This document shows, piece after piece, positions 1 to 13,509 of a stretch of 64,000 nt of DNA (the stretch's first letter is position 1; each line of letters opens with the position of its first letter). Under the pieces are notes generated by a model. That model ran no database searches. It saw nothing but the letters and a program-made list of their open reading frames with translations, and was not told where the DNA came from. Both the position numbers and the translations under genes were made by a program. Source of the DNA: Octopus sinensis (taxonomy: Eukaryota); the NCBI RefSeq assembly GCF_006345805.1, contig NC_043007.1, positions 47,306,001 through 47,370,000 on the forward strand, written 5' to 3'.

Positions 1-19
1 ATACAGAAGTTATATACGC

Positions 20-75
<56 letters not shown>
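1..75. repeat. (ATT)n microsatellite
   Basis: Perfect ATT run, followed directly by a SINE head. Confidence 0.95.
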
Positions 76-77
<2 letters not shown>

Positions 78-170
78 AACGACGAGGCTGGAAGAGTCGT
101 TAGCATGCTAAACGAAACGCATAGCGGTATTTCGCCCGTCGCTACCTTCTGAGTTAAAATTCTGCAGGTG
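78..170 (+). mobile_element. Partial tRNA-derived SINE (family 1) head
   Basis: ggctggaagagtcgttagca...ttctgagttaaaattctgc matches the head of the better copy at 5283. Confidence 0.6.
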
Positions 171-199
171 GGACCCAATTTTCCTGCTGAAATTGTCCC

Positions 200-510
200 T
201 AAATAAGGGTTGGCCAAGGATTATGAATGAAACACTCATGATGCCGGAGGGGAATTCAAACCCCAAAGAATTCCTCTCGACATATGGTTATGATGCTCTA
301 TCACTACTTCTGCATGTCGTCAGAGAGGCACATATCGGCCGCCATTAAGGGACATGCTCAACCGGTTACGGTCAGGCAACTGATAAGCCAATGTATGGTA
401 TTGAGCAGAATATTTACTGTAGCCTATCTTTTATATAAAGATAAAACAAGTACATGATAACACTTTCAATTAGTTAAGATCAGAAGCCATGAGAACCAGT
501 GTCTGGTATT
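200..510. repeat. Interspersed repeat of unknown class
   Basis: atggttatgatgctc..cactac..acatgctcaaccggtt..ttgagcagaatattt(a/g)ctgtagcc recurs, diverged, at about 21700-21840. Confidence 0.5.
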
Positions 511-537
511 GCATCGGAGCATTTATTATTATTATTA

Positions 538-569
<32 letters not shown>

Positions 570-939
570 GTTGTTGCTGTTGTTGTTGTTGTAATTCACT
601 TACTATTCCCTTGCTAGTATGAAGAGAGCTGGTAATATTTTTTTATATTTTCATTTCAGTCTAATTGGTGCGTTGTTATTGAAAAAAAAACCCAGAAAAT
701 TCGAGGCAAACGGTATAAAATTTATACTCCTCCTCTTCGTCTCCCAATATCATCAACAATAACGCTCCTATTTCCTACATTCCCCCACCCCATCGCCTCG
801 CACACTCATCTCCCCTACTTATCATCATCCCCGTCAGCAATGTCTTCATAGAATTTCAAGAAGGAATATACAAACAGATATAATCAATATGGAAGATAAC
901 ATCAAGTTTGTTGTAGCCATTGAAATTTTTCCGGCGTAG

Positions 940-974
<35 letters not shown>

Positions 975-1048
975 GGGAGATATTGTTCATACAATACAAA
1001 AATTTATGTGGCATTCTTCGTGGTATATGATATATAAGAGCAAGCATG

Positions 1049-1116
<68 letters not shown>

Positions 1117-1225
1117 AAGAAGAAGAAGAAGAAGAAGAAGAAGAAGAAGAAGAAGAAGAAGAAGAAGAAGAAGAAGAAGAAGAAGAAGAAGAAGAAGAAG
1201 AATTATAATAATAATAATAATAATA
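1049..1225. repeat. Compound (AAT)n(AAG)n(AAT)n microsatellite
   Basis: Direct reading; source of the poly-N/K/S/R ORFs in the track. Confidence 0.95.
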
Positions 1226-1868
1226 AAAACCCAAAGAAGAAAACAATGGAATTAATTGACTGAAAGCGTATGGTAGAGAAGTCAAACAAAGAAGAGCCTA
1301 TTATTGTGTAGACTCAATTAAAAGTGATGTTTGTCCCGCTTCCTTTGAATCTCTATTCGTTATATGACTGGACAGAAAGAAAGACATGTAAGTTATATAA
1401 GACGAATGCGGTTATAAATTCTTTTCAAAACTGTCTCTTTAAAGCGCGGGTATTAAGTATAATCGTGAAAACATATTGACAGATGGATGTTATTTATGAC
1501 AATAAATATAAAGCGAGCTGAAGACAAGGCGTATTAAAGTGAAACAGTGTATACAGGTAATTGTTAAAACGTTATTTGCCGAATGAATTTGTTGAGAGCT
1601 AATTACATTGTTAAGATTATTTGAAAATGTGGATTTGTATCTGCTACTTGACATTAAGATATACGTATTATCTTTTATCTGATTGACGTTGCAATAGATC
1701 TTTCGTTTAACTAAATCCTTTAAAGTTAAACTCAGTTAAGACATTTTGCTCAGGGTTACAGAGATGGTCGTAAAGCACTCATTAAGATGGATAAATTATA
1801 CGAGCCCTATATGACATGTTAGAAAAAGACGATGCCATCAACAATATTAATACCTCTAACATCTTATT

Positions 1869-1941
<73 letters not shown>

Positions 1942-1944
<3 letters not shown>

Positions 1945-2135
1945 GGGGAGAATTCACAAAAAAACAAAAGACAAAGACAGATGGTCTAGAGAACAAACGG
2001 ATGTATTAGTCTAACGCTCGGGAAGTGAAAAAGTCTTTACCGTTTCGAGCCTACGCTCTTCCACAGAAAGGAACACAGAAAAAAACAAGGAGAGAAAATA
2101 AAGAATGTGTAGTGGCTAGCAATGTATCATGCCGA
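1942..2135 (-). mobile_element. Solo 3' terminus of a Penelope-like element (same family as the 41.6-45.2 kb copy)
   Basis: Reverse complement reads cctttctgtggaagagcgtaggctcgaaacggtaaagactttttcacttcccgagcgttagactaa, aligning with 45046-45110; abuts (TA)n. Confidence 0.7.
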
Positions 2136-2183
2136 ATATATATGTGTGAATATGTGAGAGAGATAAAGTATATGTGTGTTTGC

Positions 2184-2229
<46 letters not shown>

Positions 2230-2403
2230 AAATATGAGGCAAAACGTGTGTGAAGAAATAGCTAATACTACATAGAGCCAGACCAGCAAAGCGTAGAAAT
2301 ACAAAGTTAGGAAACTGCGAAAAGAAAATGTATTTATCAAACATAGGAAAGAAGATAAGTAGAGATGCATCACGTAATACAAAACAAAAGTAATAGTGAG
2401 AAA

Positions 2404-2453
<50 letters not shown>

Positions 2454-2487
2454 AGGTTTCTTCGCGATCGGTTACTCAGCATGAAAT

Positions 2488-2672
2488 TTTTAGGTAGGGG
2501 ATGAGTTGATTACATCAGCCCTAGTTTTCAATTGGTCATCATTTTATTGACCCTCGAAGAATGACGGACAAAGCCGACATCAGCAAAATTTGAACTCAGA
2601 ACGTAAACACAGACGAACTGCCACCAAGCATTTTTCTCAACGTGCCAGCGATTCTGCTAGTTTGCTGCCTTA
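2488..2672 (-). mobile_element. SINE family 1, diverged copy
   Basis: aaagccgacatcagcaaaatttgaactcagaacgtaaa...gattctgctagtttgctgcctta is the reverse complement of the SINE head and core. Confidence 0.7.
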
Positions 2673-4418
2673 TAACATGTGTCTCCATATTAACAAATGC
2701 AACAAAAGCGGTCTTTTGCCATATATTTGGAACTTTGCCAAGCGATATTACTGAATCTATATCAACCAAATTCTCTCTGAATATCCAGTTATCACATTTG
2801 TATCTCTCCTTTCTCTATCTTTCTTTCGTTTCTTATATTTTATCTATTAGTAATATGATCTAATATCACTTATCCATAGACTCGAATTTATCTGAATCGA
2901 TATCATCCGAGGCACCCAACTTTTACCAGCACAATAATTTATTTTTGAACCATAACATCGTAACTAAAGTGTATGTTTGACAGAGACAAGTAATTCTTGC
3001 TGGATTCAGCCCACTAAATGTTTTGCTTTGTAAGCACTAGATTAATTTCATAATTAGAGAGCGCATTATAATCAGGAAATTCTGAATTCGCCTTCACTTA
3101 TCAGCCAGAGAAAATCTACGGTAAAATATTTCCGTATCTTCTGTTTATTGATTTATAGAAACTCCAAACTATGTCTGCTACAACTCTATACCCTCATCCA
3201 TAAATATTAAGGGTTGTGCTTATCTTGCTACAAGCAAACAATGGCTTATTTCATTTAATGAAATATAACATTATTGAATATGTGGAGATAAACTCGAAGA
3301 AGTTTTCGTCATAACTGAAAATTATATTATCTTTGTTGTTAGTGATATAATTCTGAGTCTTTAAATATATATATATGTCTCAACATGTCCGCAGTCTAAC
3401 GAGTGAAACAAGTAAAAGGAAATAAAAATATATACATGAATATGTGTCAGTGCGTGAATACACACACATGCAGACACGCACAAATATAGAAATACAGCTT
3501 CAATTGTCTATATGTCTATCTTCATGGAAAGAGAGAGAGGGGGAGAAAGAGAGAGGGAGTAAGATATAGAAACAGAGAATGTGAAAGTGAGAGAGAGAGA
3601 AGAATAATAGTCTTCTAGCACGTTTTAGATTATTGTTCTTTTATGAGTAGGAAAAATGTGTCACCGAATATCTGAATATGCTGCTTTATTCGTAGTTCTC
3701 CATACAATAACCACGAACTAGACGTAATGCTTTCAGTACGAATATTCCATTTGAAGTAAATTTCAAATTTTGTGCCCAATATCAGAAATATTAATTAAAG
3801 ATTTATGACTGCGTTTATTATTTGGTGAGTATTGTACTCACTAATGGCTGGTAAAAAAAGTTATGGGCCGGAAGAAGGAATATAAAATACCCCATAGATA
3901 TTTTATAACTCAGGAAAAAAAAGACATATATTGAAGATATAAAGAAATGGCGTTTTCTTTGAATAAAATATCCTCGTTTAATTCTTTTTGTAATCTTTTT
4001 ACAATCTTACAAAATTTTACAATTTTGTAATCCATTTTGTATGTTTAAGAAATTTATAAATTTCAGCAAGTTTTATATTCGAGGGGTTTTGTACATAATA
4101 TGTCTATGAGATAAAAATGTATTATTGAGGGAAAATAAAATTTTTCAACTCATACGACGTGCATTATTTTAATTTCCTAAACAAACCAATAATTTAATGA
4201 ATTGTAGGGTTGTAAAGCTATGTTAAAACATATCCAATATATTAACCTCCAGGTCAATTGAAATAGTATGTTACCCTGAAAAGAACTGTTAACGTATTAA
4301 AGCACAATAAAGCAAATAACCAAACACTTTGTTGACAAATATATTTCACATTTAATGTCAAAGTACCACTTGATTTTCTGGAAAGCAAATATAAGAAAGT
4401 AACAAATATTAATATTCT

Positions 4419-4631
4419 TTTCTACTCTAGGCACAAGACCAGAAATTTTGGGAAAGGAGGCCATTCGAGTACATTGACCCAAGTACACAACTGGTACTTA
4501 ATTTCTTGATCCTGAAAGGATGACAGGCAAAGTCAATCTCGGCGGAATTTGAACTCAGAACATAAAGACAGATGAAAAATCGCTAAGCGTTTCGCCCGGT
4601 GTGCTAAAGTTTCTGCTAGCTCGCCGCCTTA
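4419..4631 (-). mobile_element. SINE family 1, near full length
   Basis: tttctactctaggcacaag tail, actggtacttaattt..gaaaggatga..ggcaaagtcaatctcggcggaatttgaactcagaac core, ctagctcgccgcc head. Confidence 0.8.
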
Positions 4632-5282
4632 ACAAATATTGCCTTTACCATAGATCATTAAGAGGAGAAATCGGAGTATTAAGAATTCTTTCTCATCATA
4701 CAAAACATACTTTTTCATATACATTTAGCGGTTTTCTTATATGTTAGTAATTATTTTTACTTCTCTGTCTATATTTCTTTTGTTCCTTATCAATATTCTT
4801 TGAAATATCGGGCGAGTTAACGACCTTGTAATCAATGAAAAAACCCAATGGTTTTGAAGCTGTTTACAATGATTTTTTTTTGCGCTTGTGCGTACTGTAA
4901 TTTTATAAATATATTGTGATATTTTACGTGATTAATCATGCGTGTCTGATGAAATAAAACAAATATGATCAAAAATATTTTTGTTGTAAGTTATGTTAAT
5001 GTTTATATCTCTGTGTAGAGGATGTTTAGCTGATATTATTGTGGAGAATAGAGTACCGGACACCAAGTTGAAGACTGAATGTTTTTCTATTACGTTAACT
5101 ATGTGAAGTAACGCTGGAGGATGAGTCACAATTCTACACCCATAAAGCGTTAAAAACATTGTTGAAACTAATGGCATTAAGGTCAAATGTCATGTAGGCA
5201 GTAAAATGTCTCTACGATGGAAGCCACGTAAAAGGGCGAGTCAGAATATTTGTTTATTTCAATTTAATATAAGAAATACGTA

Positions 5283-5912
5283 GGACGGCGAGCTGGCAGA
5301 GTCGTTAGCACGCCGGGCAAAATGCTTAGTAGTATTTCGTCTGCCGTTACGTTCTGAGATCAAATTCCGCCGAGGTCGATTTTACCTTTCATCCTATCGG
5401 GGTCGATAAATTAAATACCAGTTACGCACTGGGGTCGATGTAATCAGCTTAATCCCTTTGTCTGTCCTTGTTTGTCCCCTCTGTGGGTGTCCTTGTTTTT
5501 CCCCTTGTGGGTAGTAAAGAAATAGGTATTGTGGTAGTAAAGAACTAGGTATTTCGTCTGCCGCTACGTTCTGAGTTCAAATTCCGCCGAGGTCGACTTT
5601 ACCTTTCATCCCTTCGTGGTCGATTAAATAAGTACCAGTTACGCACTGGGGGCGATATAATCGACTTAATCCATTTGTCTGTCCTTATTTGTTCCCTCTG
5701 TGTTTAGCCCCTTGTGGGAATTAAAGAAATAGGTATTTTTTCTGACGTTACGTTCTGTGTTCAAATTCTGCTGAGGTCGACTTTCATCAATCGGAGGTCG
5801 ATTAATTGGGTGCCAGTTATTCACTGGGCTCCATGTATTCGACTTAATCCCTTTGTGTGTACTTGATTGTTCCCTCTGTTTCTAGCCCCCTGTGGGCAAT
5901 GTAGAAATAAAT
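5283..5912 (+). mobile_element. SINE family 1 with one head and three tandem body units
   Basis: Head ggacggcgagctggcagagtcgttagc, then gtatttcgtctgccg..gaggtcga..cctttcatc..ttgtggg units starting at about 5332, 5549 and 5733. Confidence 0.8.
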
Positions 5913-5968
5913 ATGATAAAATAATAATGGTTACATAATATAGTTTTCGAATTTAATTTTCTCCAAGC

Positions 5969-5992
<24 letters not shown>

Positions 5993-6000
<8 letters not shown>

Positions 6001-6165
6001 ATATGTTACATTTACTCAATAGTCAAGATAAAACACTTCGGCATCTTAAACTCAGTTTTATCTTGACTATTGAGTAATGTAACATATTATTTTATAGATA
6101 AATTTCCTCTATTTACATAATATTGAGGTTTCTTTCTTTCTTTTGTTATCTTACCGTATTGCCAA
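5993..6165. mobile_element. Short fold-back (about 42-bp arms, 20-nt loop) plus a one-sided tail of about 70 nt; PLE-terminus-like
   Basis: ataaaataatatgttacatttactcaatagtcaagataaaac (5993-6034) is inverted at 6055-6095 with one indel; flanked by (TA)n. Confidence 0.75.
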
Positions 6166-6196
6166 TATATATATTGGCAAATATATATATATATTG

Positions 6197-6204
<8 letters not shown>

Positions 6205-6263
<59 letters not shown>

Positions 6264-6266
6264 TGA

Positions 6267-6298
<32 letters not shown>

Positions 6299-6309
6299 TA
6301 GATAGATAG

Positions 6310-6401
<92 letters not shown>

Positions 6402-6420
6402 CAGACAGATAGATAGATCT
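6205..6420. repeat. Compound (TA)n(GA)n(GATA)n microsatellite
   Basis: Direct reading. Confidence 0.95.
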
Positions 6421-6521
6421 GTTACATGTAGATATATACTAAATTTAGCTGCATTGTTATTACTAGAATCCCAGAGAATGTTATTTGCTGCAGCAAGTAC
6501 AAATGTTTTATTTTCATTATA

Positions 6522-7756
6522 TTAGGTTGTTACACGTGAAATGTATTTGAAAGATAATAATAACATGTTTCAGAATTGTTAGCGAACTGATGTATTTAAT
6601 CAAAGAATGATCCAATGTTCATTTATGACTTTTTTGCGAACGTTTCTCTATGTCATATATTCCACCTAAGAAAAAAAATCATTTTTTGTTGTGATAAACT
6701 GTTCAAATGCTTCTATTACCTTACCTCTACTCTATTTAAGAATGTTTTATTGCATAGGAAAAACCCAAAATGTTTAAATAAGTGATGATCAGTAGGAGTG
6801 ATATCAGGGGAATAGGGAGACTGTTGCAAAATATCATAATTCAGGTTTTGCAACATTTGAACCGTTGCTTGAGGAGTGTGAGGACGTGCATTGTCACGGA
6901 TCAAAATTGGGACATCTCTGTTTACTTGTCTGGGTTACTTCTTTTTCAAATTCTTATGCATACAATCAGTGGCAATGCGATGTTGCTGCCACCGTATTTT
7001 CCTTGTTGCAAAAATGAATAATGAATAACTGCCTCCGCAGACCACTATACAGTAACCACTAACTTTTTAGGGTGAAATAGTGTGTTTGGGTAGTGCTTAG
7101 GTGACTCTCCTGCATCTAATCCCTGTTCTGTTCTCCTGATGTTACTAAAGAGTTTCCATTTATCCTCAAAAGTAATGATTTGAAGCAAAAATGGTATTTT
7201 TTCAACGAGAAAGTAACAAGGAGCATACCTCGAGGCGTCTGTTTTTTGGATATCATTCAGTTGATGCGGAACAAACCTATCTGTTTTCTTGACTTTTCCA
7301 ATTTTCTGCAGGTGTCCAGACACAGTTGTGCGAGATGTTCGGAGTTCTGATGAAAGTTTTCGAATCTTTGTTCTCGGATTTTTTTTAACCAAAGCATTTA
7401 ATCCATCATGCCTAATAATTGATTTTGGCCTACCCCTTGGTTTATTTTCAAGGCTATCATCTCCTGAACGAGAGTTTTGGAACCATTTCTGAACAGTTCT
7501 GAAAGTCAACGAAAGACACGCTTGATATTCTGTAGAGCTTATGCGGCAGAGTGACCCAACTTATACTCATAGGAGAAAATCACTTAACATTTTTTGGTTA
7601 TCATTTTTATAAGATTCGTGGGTACGAATTTTGTATACCAACATTTTAGGGAAAGAAAAAGTGTCAAGATTGAATGCAAGGTTTACATAACTGAGTTTTT
7701 AAATGACTGAAATAACAAGTAATTAAAAATGCGACATTTTATGTGAAACAACCTAA
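6522..7756 (-). mobile_element. Full-length decayed mariner transposon (about 1235 bp)
   Basis: TIRs ttaggttgttacacgtgaaatg / cattttatgtgaaacaacctaa, with TA target duplications at 6520-21 and 7757-58. Transposase remnants: TVQKWF..GRP, FVPHQL (WVPHEL), TFEDKW (TGDEKW), DNARPH, YSPDITPTDHHLF. Confidence 0.92.
6716..7509 (-). pseudogene. Mariner transposase pseudogene (frameshifts and stops)
   Basis: ORF-track fragments 7045-7509 and 6716-6904 carry HTH and DDD-domain motifs in separate, interrupted reading frames. Confidence 0.88.
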
Positions 7757-10024
7757 TATTTCGGATGCTGCGTTGCGTAAGTTTAAGCTGCAACTCAGTT
7801 ATTGTTAATCAAGTGATATTTGGTTAACTTTAAATGAATGACTATGCTTCAATTGATTGCGCCTCCCAGCGGTTACTTCGGATGGCCATAAGACAAGTCC
7901 TATAATTTTAATTATGACTGGAATACATCCTTCTTCAGTTTGGTGATGACAGAAATGTTGTATGTTATATGTTGTGATATTGTTATATGTTGCATTTGGG
8001 CTGATAGTTTTAGCTTCTCCATACAATGCCGCGGACCTTCGTTTTATCAGAGTAATATATGTTAAACAGATGTGCCTATTTTTGAGTGTGATCAATTGTA
8101 TGCTGCATATTTTTTTGGTTTTCAGTTTGTTGGTGGTGTGTAAGCTCATTCTAGTTCTAATAGCTGTTATATGATCGGGACTAACTCTGATTTATACATT
8201 TTGCATTTTTAGAAATCTAAATCCAGATGGTGTTGATACTGTAGAATAGATTTGTGAACCTGAGAGTTTGTGAGCAAATATAGACACCTTGTCGGGTCGC
8301 TCACCCTTGACGCAGTGTCTCATCCTGGATCTGACAGTTGGAGAGAGATATATATAACTAGATAGATTGATAGAGAGAGAGAGAGAGAGAGATAGATATA
8401 TAGATAGCTGGAGAGAGAGAGTAAGCTGTACTAGCACCCAGTTGGTACTATTTTATGGGTGAGTGGACTGGATGCATGTGAAATAATGTAGTTTCTTCAT
8501 TGAGATGACAATACGGCCCCTCAGGCCAGGAATTGAACTCCTTGATCTCTCAATCGTGGGCCTACTACATAACCATTAAGTTGGTAATAAAATCAATAGA
8601 ATATCATTAAAAAAATATTTATTTATGTTTTAAGTTCTTTTTGGCGACAAATCCTCGGGTAGTCTTTCATATTTTTATCAGTGAATTCTTACACAATTGC
8701 GGTAGAATATCGGTTTTCAACTCGAAGAATTTGGTAGTTTCATGTTCAAACCTTGCAACAGAGACAATTCAGAGAGAAAGAAAAATAATTTACATAAGTA
8801 CTTTAGTTTTATAAACTCCAGAACGCGGAATTCGAACTCCGGAACCCGAAAGAAATACTACATAGCAAGCGTCTTAACGACTCGGCCTATTTTCTATTTC
8901 ATCTACTTAAGATTAAGCTTTTCATTTTAAGCGTGTTACTATGGTGACAGCTGTTACTTTCCCGTCAATACCCCCCTCCTTTAGCTACCTAGCCCCCATC
9001 ACTTTGTTCACCCACTTTAATACGGTTCTCAGAAGGATATAAATGTCTTTAGCGAATTTAAATGGATTTAGAAGAAAACAAGAACAATAGCAATAACAAC
9101 AGCTGCAACAGATTCTGTTTTCTAATTATGACACAACATCAAGGATGTTGAAGGGAAAGAGAAGTCGATTACATTCACTCAAGCGCTCAACTGGTATTGA
9201 TTTTATCGAGCCCGAAAAGAATTTTGGTCGTAGCTCTATTAATCAGAACTGGCCTTGGGCTAAACAACAACAAGAATTATAACAACACTTTTATGTAGCC
9301 CGGAAGCACCCTAAACCCACAAAAGATACGAATATGTATATAACGTACACGTGCATGCGTACGTAAACTGGACGGCTCATGGTTGATTCGTTTTATTAAG
9401 TGACACAAAAATTGTGGTTACGCCCATGCAACATTTAATACTCGTTTAATATAAATAGCAATGATAAATGAAAATGAACAGTCAAAATCCAAAACTAGTG
9501 AAATCAGCAGTATTAAAATAATGAAAACGACAACAACAACAAAATAAAACAATTAAATATTAAAAGATGCCGTAAAGAAAACAATAGACATTTATTATAA
9601 ACATAGAATTTGTTTTTGTTCTCTGCGCGCGTGCTTAAATCATTTTAATTAGTTCGCCATCGTTTAGATATTAAATGTTTATTGCTTATTTTACTTAGTT
9701 TTGTAGATTTAAACAAAAAGAAATGTTTCTATGAAGGTGATGATGATAATTGCAATGTTGATACCGCTAGAATAACAAAAAAAACCTTTCAAGAGTCTAT
9801 GAGTTCATTATATTTGCGAAAAAATGTAGCGAATTTTTTCTTATCATAACATTCTGTTTGTAAAAGAACAGCTTGATATGAACACCGACTAATCTAGTCC
9901 TATTAATATGCAGGAAAATAAAACAGAAATGCCATGGGACGACAGCAGTTTTGATAATAATATCTGCTCAGTCAATGATAACATGCAATGATAACATACT
10001 CATGATCAACAAAAATAACTCAAT

Positions 10025-10170
10025 TTTCTACTTTCTGAGTTTGAATCCCGAGGTCAACTTTAGATTTCGTCCTTTCGAGATCGATAAAATACCAATAAAG
10101 TTTTGAGGTCAATGGTATCCAATAACTAACTTCTTTCAATTTTTCTGGCCTTGTGTCTAAATTAGAAAGC
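10025..10170 (+). mobile_element. SINE family 1, partial
   Basis: ttctgagtttgaatcccgaggtcaacttt..tcctttcgagatcgataaaatacc..ggccttgtgtctaaattagaaag. Confidence 0.6.
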
Positions 10171-12981
10171 ACTCTGTTGATCTTATCTTTGTTGCCGTTT
10201 TCAACGTTCGTTACATGTTTCGTATTTATGTTGATTTTAACGTCGTGTTATATTTGCCAATGCAGATGTCATTTCATTCGTCCATATTTTTATAATTATT
10301 GTTTTTACAAATATTCATCTCTCTCGCTAAGATTAATGCTGTTATTGTCTTTATTTGTAACATTATTCTCAATATTTGGATTATGTTTCACATACTTCAA
10401 ATTTCAAAGAAAGATAACAACTATAAAGGAATTGCGCTCCAAGCGGTCATTTTTAATTAGAAGAAATAGTAAATTTACTTGCTTTTTCTATAAATGATGA
10501 TAAATGAGTCTCGTATCTAATATAGTTCTCTTGCAGGGGATAATTAACCGAAAATAAAATTCAGCATACAAACAAAAAACAGAATCCCAACAAAGCAAAA
10601 CCTCGTCGAAGAGCGCAGATAAAATTGAGTGCCAGACAAAAGGGCATGAACTGATTTGAATCATGTATTTTTGAATGGCAAATTATTTGCTATTCAAAAT
10701 AGGGGAAAATAACTATAGAGCAACGGACGTGAAACTTAAAATCGAAAGAGGCATGTTTCAATCATTATTTTTCTTTCTTTTCTTTTTTTGTTGCTGCTCT
10801 GATATCGACTGATATTTGGCAATCAGTAGATATATTACAATATACTTTGCAGTAGCCGAGCATTTCATACACAGGCACAAGCGTATAATCTATTGGGTCT
10901 ATGGGAATAAGCCTTCACATAACAAAATAGTAAAGTTATTGCATGATGCATCCATCAGAGGATTATGAAATAGAAAGAAATAGGAAGCAAAATTGAGAAG
11001 AATACAAAAGAAGTTCTGGAAAGAAGAAACACACAGATGAATGCCAGAATCATTGATCGAAGCCACATATCGCCCCAGAATAGTGTTAATGGACTTTATA
11101 CAAGAAGAATACACGGTCTAAATAGTGACGTAGTAATTATCTCTACTGTAATTATAGTATTATAGACAAATTATAAAATGATTGGGAAAACGAAAAGAAA
11201 GTTATGTGTATGGCTATGTATACTTAATTTATATTAAAAACACGACGGAGTATTAGAATTGTCCCTACTCTTATTATGCTGTCTACATAATGTTCATTCT
11301 CTTGCTAGAAACACTATCTCAAGTATTGTTCTTTTCCTTTTTGACATTTAATAACTATTGAATTTGAATGTTTCACGCATACACATTCTTTAATTTGCTA
11401 TTTTTTACCTTCCTGTTTCGTGGTATAAATATCACTACTATTGTTTTTTTAAGTATACATCAAAATTGCTTGCGATTAACACCGAAGTTTCCAAGAAAGC
11501 TGTGAAGGTCCATTGAAATGTATGTCGTAAGTATATAAGATGAACTCGATTCTACACATGATGCTAAGCTTTTATGAATCGTTGGTTTCTCTTTCGCTCT
11601 CTCTCCTTCTTTCACGCATGCATTCTCCCCTACACACATAGGTGTAGAAACGTACAAAAGCAGGCCCTGGCTTATATAGATTACACTTAATTTGGAGAAA
11701 AGCACATCTAGTAATATGTCTGCCACTTTCCTTATAAAAACTAAATAGGTGAATAGCTTATTCAGTTAATTATTAAAATTTAATCTCGATTTAATAATGA
11801 TTAACATTCTTGATATTTAAGATTGCCAAAGTACGCCCTATATTTCTAGTGTAGACATAATTCTGCTGAATTAGAGTTGCGTCTTCCCCAGCGCTTATAT
11901 GTTCATTATATTATCAGCAGGCAAAGATAAAATAAATAGTGGAATTCAGTAGGAGTCGAACACAGAACTCCTAGAGAGGCAAGTAAATTCAGCAAATGCC
12001 GATGCTGTATTTCTACTATACATCCTATCATTTTAAAAGCTCGTATCTTTGAACCTGTAGTGAATATTTGGGTGATATTTATATAACACTTTACTTCAGG
12101 CGTTATTAGATAAAAATACTTAAATTTTTATAGAAAACATTTATGAACTTTATAAGGAATAAAGGTGTTACAAGTTTGTTTATAATTCAAAAGCAGTGAA
12201 GCAATATAAAAATATATAAGGACCTTCATATTAATCAAACTCATTTAGCGTTTTCGAAGTTCTGAAGTTATGTACTAATATAGAGGAAAACTAAATTTTT
12301 AATTTCAGTTTACACTTCAAGATATATCACTCAGCAATCCAGAGAAGTTTTTAAAAAAACGTTACCTAATGATATTCAAACAGAACATAATATTCCTAGG
12401 AATTTTCAAAGTAAATTTTCTCACAGTCGCCAAAGAACAGTTATGATAAAGTATACCCCTGTTACAAATAGGACTCGAATTTCAAGTGTTCCAAAAGGAC
12501 ATACATAAAGAAATATTGAATCTCACATTAATTCGATTTAAAGTAAAAACAAATCTAAGTGAGTCATATTTAGACAAAACTAGTAAATGAGAAATGGGCA
12601 GCAAGACATGGATAAATAAAAGAAAAAAGTTAGTAAGTTATTGGAATTCATAACTTGGCACCTAAAAGAAAACTTGAAACGTAAAACAGGTGAGGTAATG
12701 GTGATAAGACATTTTGAAAATTGTTTCATCGACGTATTTTTCCACAGGTAAAGAATTAGCGAGTTCAAAAATAATCTATTTGAAACTTGACAATATAGTG
12801 AGACAAATAACTTAAGCGAAAATATATAAACTAGATGTCCGTATAACGATGTGCTTAAGAACTTCGATTGATAACTACGTGCCTTCAGGTTCGTTCCTGT
12901 TGCGCGACGCTTTGGGGCAAGCACCGACTGGTATTGTGGTATTGGAGTGACTTGTTGAGGGAATTGTACCGATGCCCATAG

Positions 12982-13034
<53 letters not shown>

Positions 13035-13059
13035 TATATATATATTATATATACATATA

Positions 13060-13294
13060 CCGGAGTAAACACATAAATGTGAAACAAGGTGGAAAAAAGA
13101 GTACTCAAATACCAGTGGTAGAGTAATATGCTTTATTTAAAGCAGCAGAACATTCAACAAAACATGTTACTCTGAGTTTCCTGTTGCCGTTCATCGGACA
13201 GTTTTTGCTAGAATCTAGGAAAAACTGTTCGATGAACGGCAACGGGAAACTCAGAGTAACAGGTTTTGTTGAATTTGCTGCTGCTTTAAATAAA

Positions 13295-13295
<1 letters not shown>
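13060..13295. mobile_element. Fold-back element (about 81-bp arms, 13131-13295) plus 71-nt left tail, inserted in (TA)n
   Basis: ctttatttaaagcagcag...gacagtttttgctag aat ctaggaaaaactgt...gctgctttaaataaag; about 6 mismatches between arms. Confidence 0.85.
13225..13262 (+). ncRNA. Degenerate minimal type I hammerhead motif (mirror copy on - strand, about 13164-13201)
   Basis: CUGU-UCGAUGA-ACGGCAACGG-GAAAC-UCAGA-GUA-ACAG: stem I CUGU/ACAG, stem III ACUC/GAGU. The core (U/C)CGAUGA deviates from CUGAnGA and stem II is poor. Confidence 0.5.
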
Positions 13296-13364
<69 letters not shown>

Positions 13365-13445
13365 ATATATATATATATATATATACTCTACCTACCTTAC
13401 CCACACATATATATATATACTCTACCTACCTTACCCACATATATA

Positions 13446-13509
<64 letters not shown>

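Noticed and set aside
5283-5912. Regularly spaced repeats as a CRISPR-like array
   Set aside because: Eukaryotic SINE bodies with no unique spacers.
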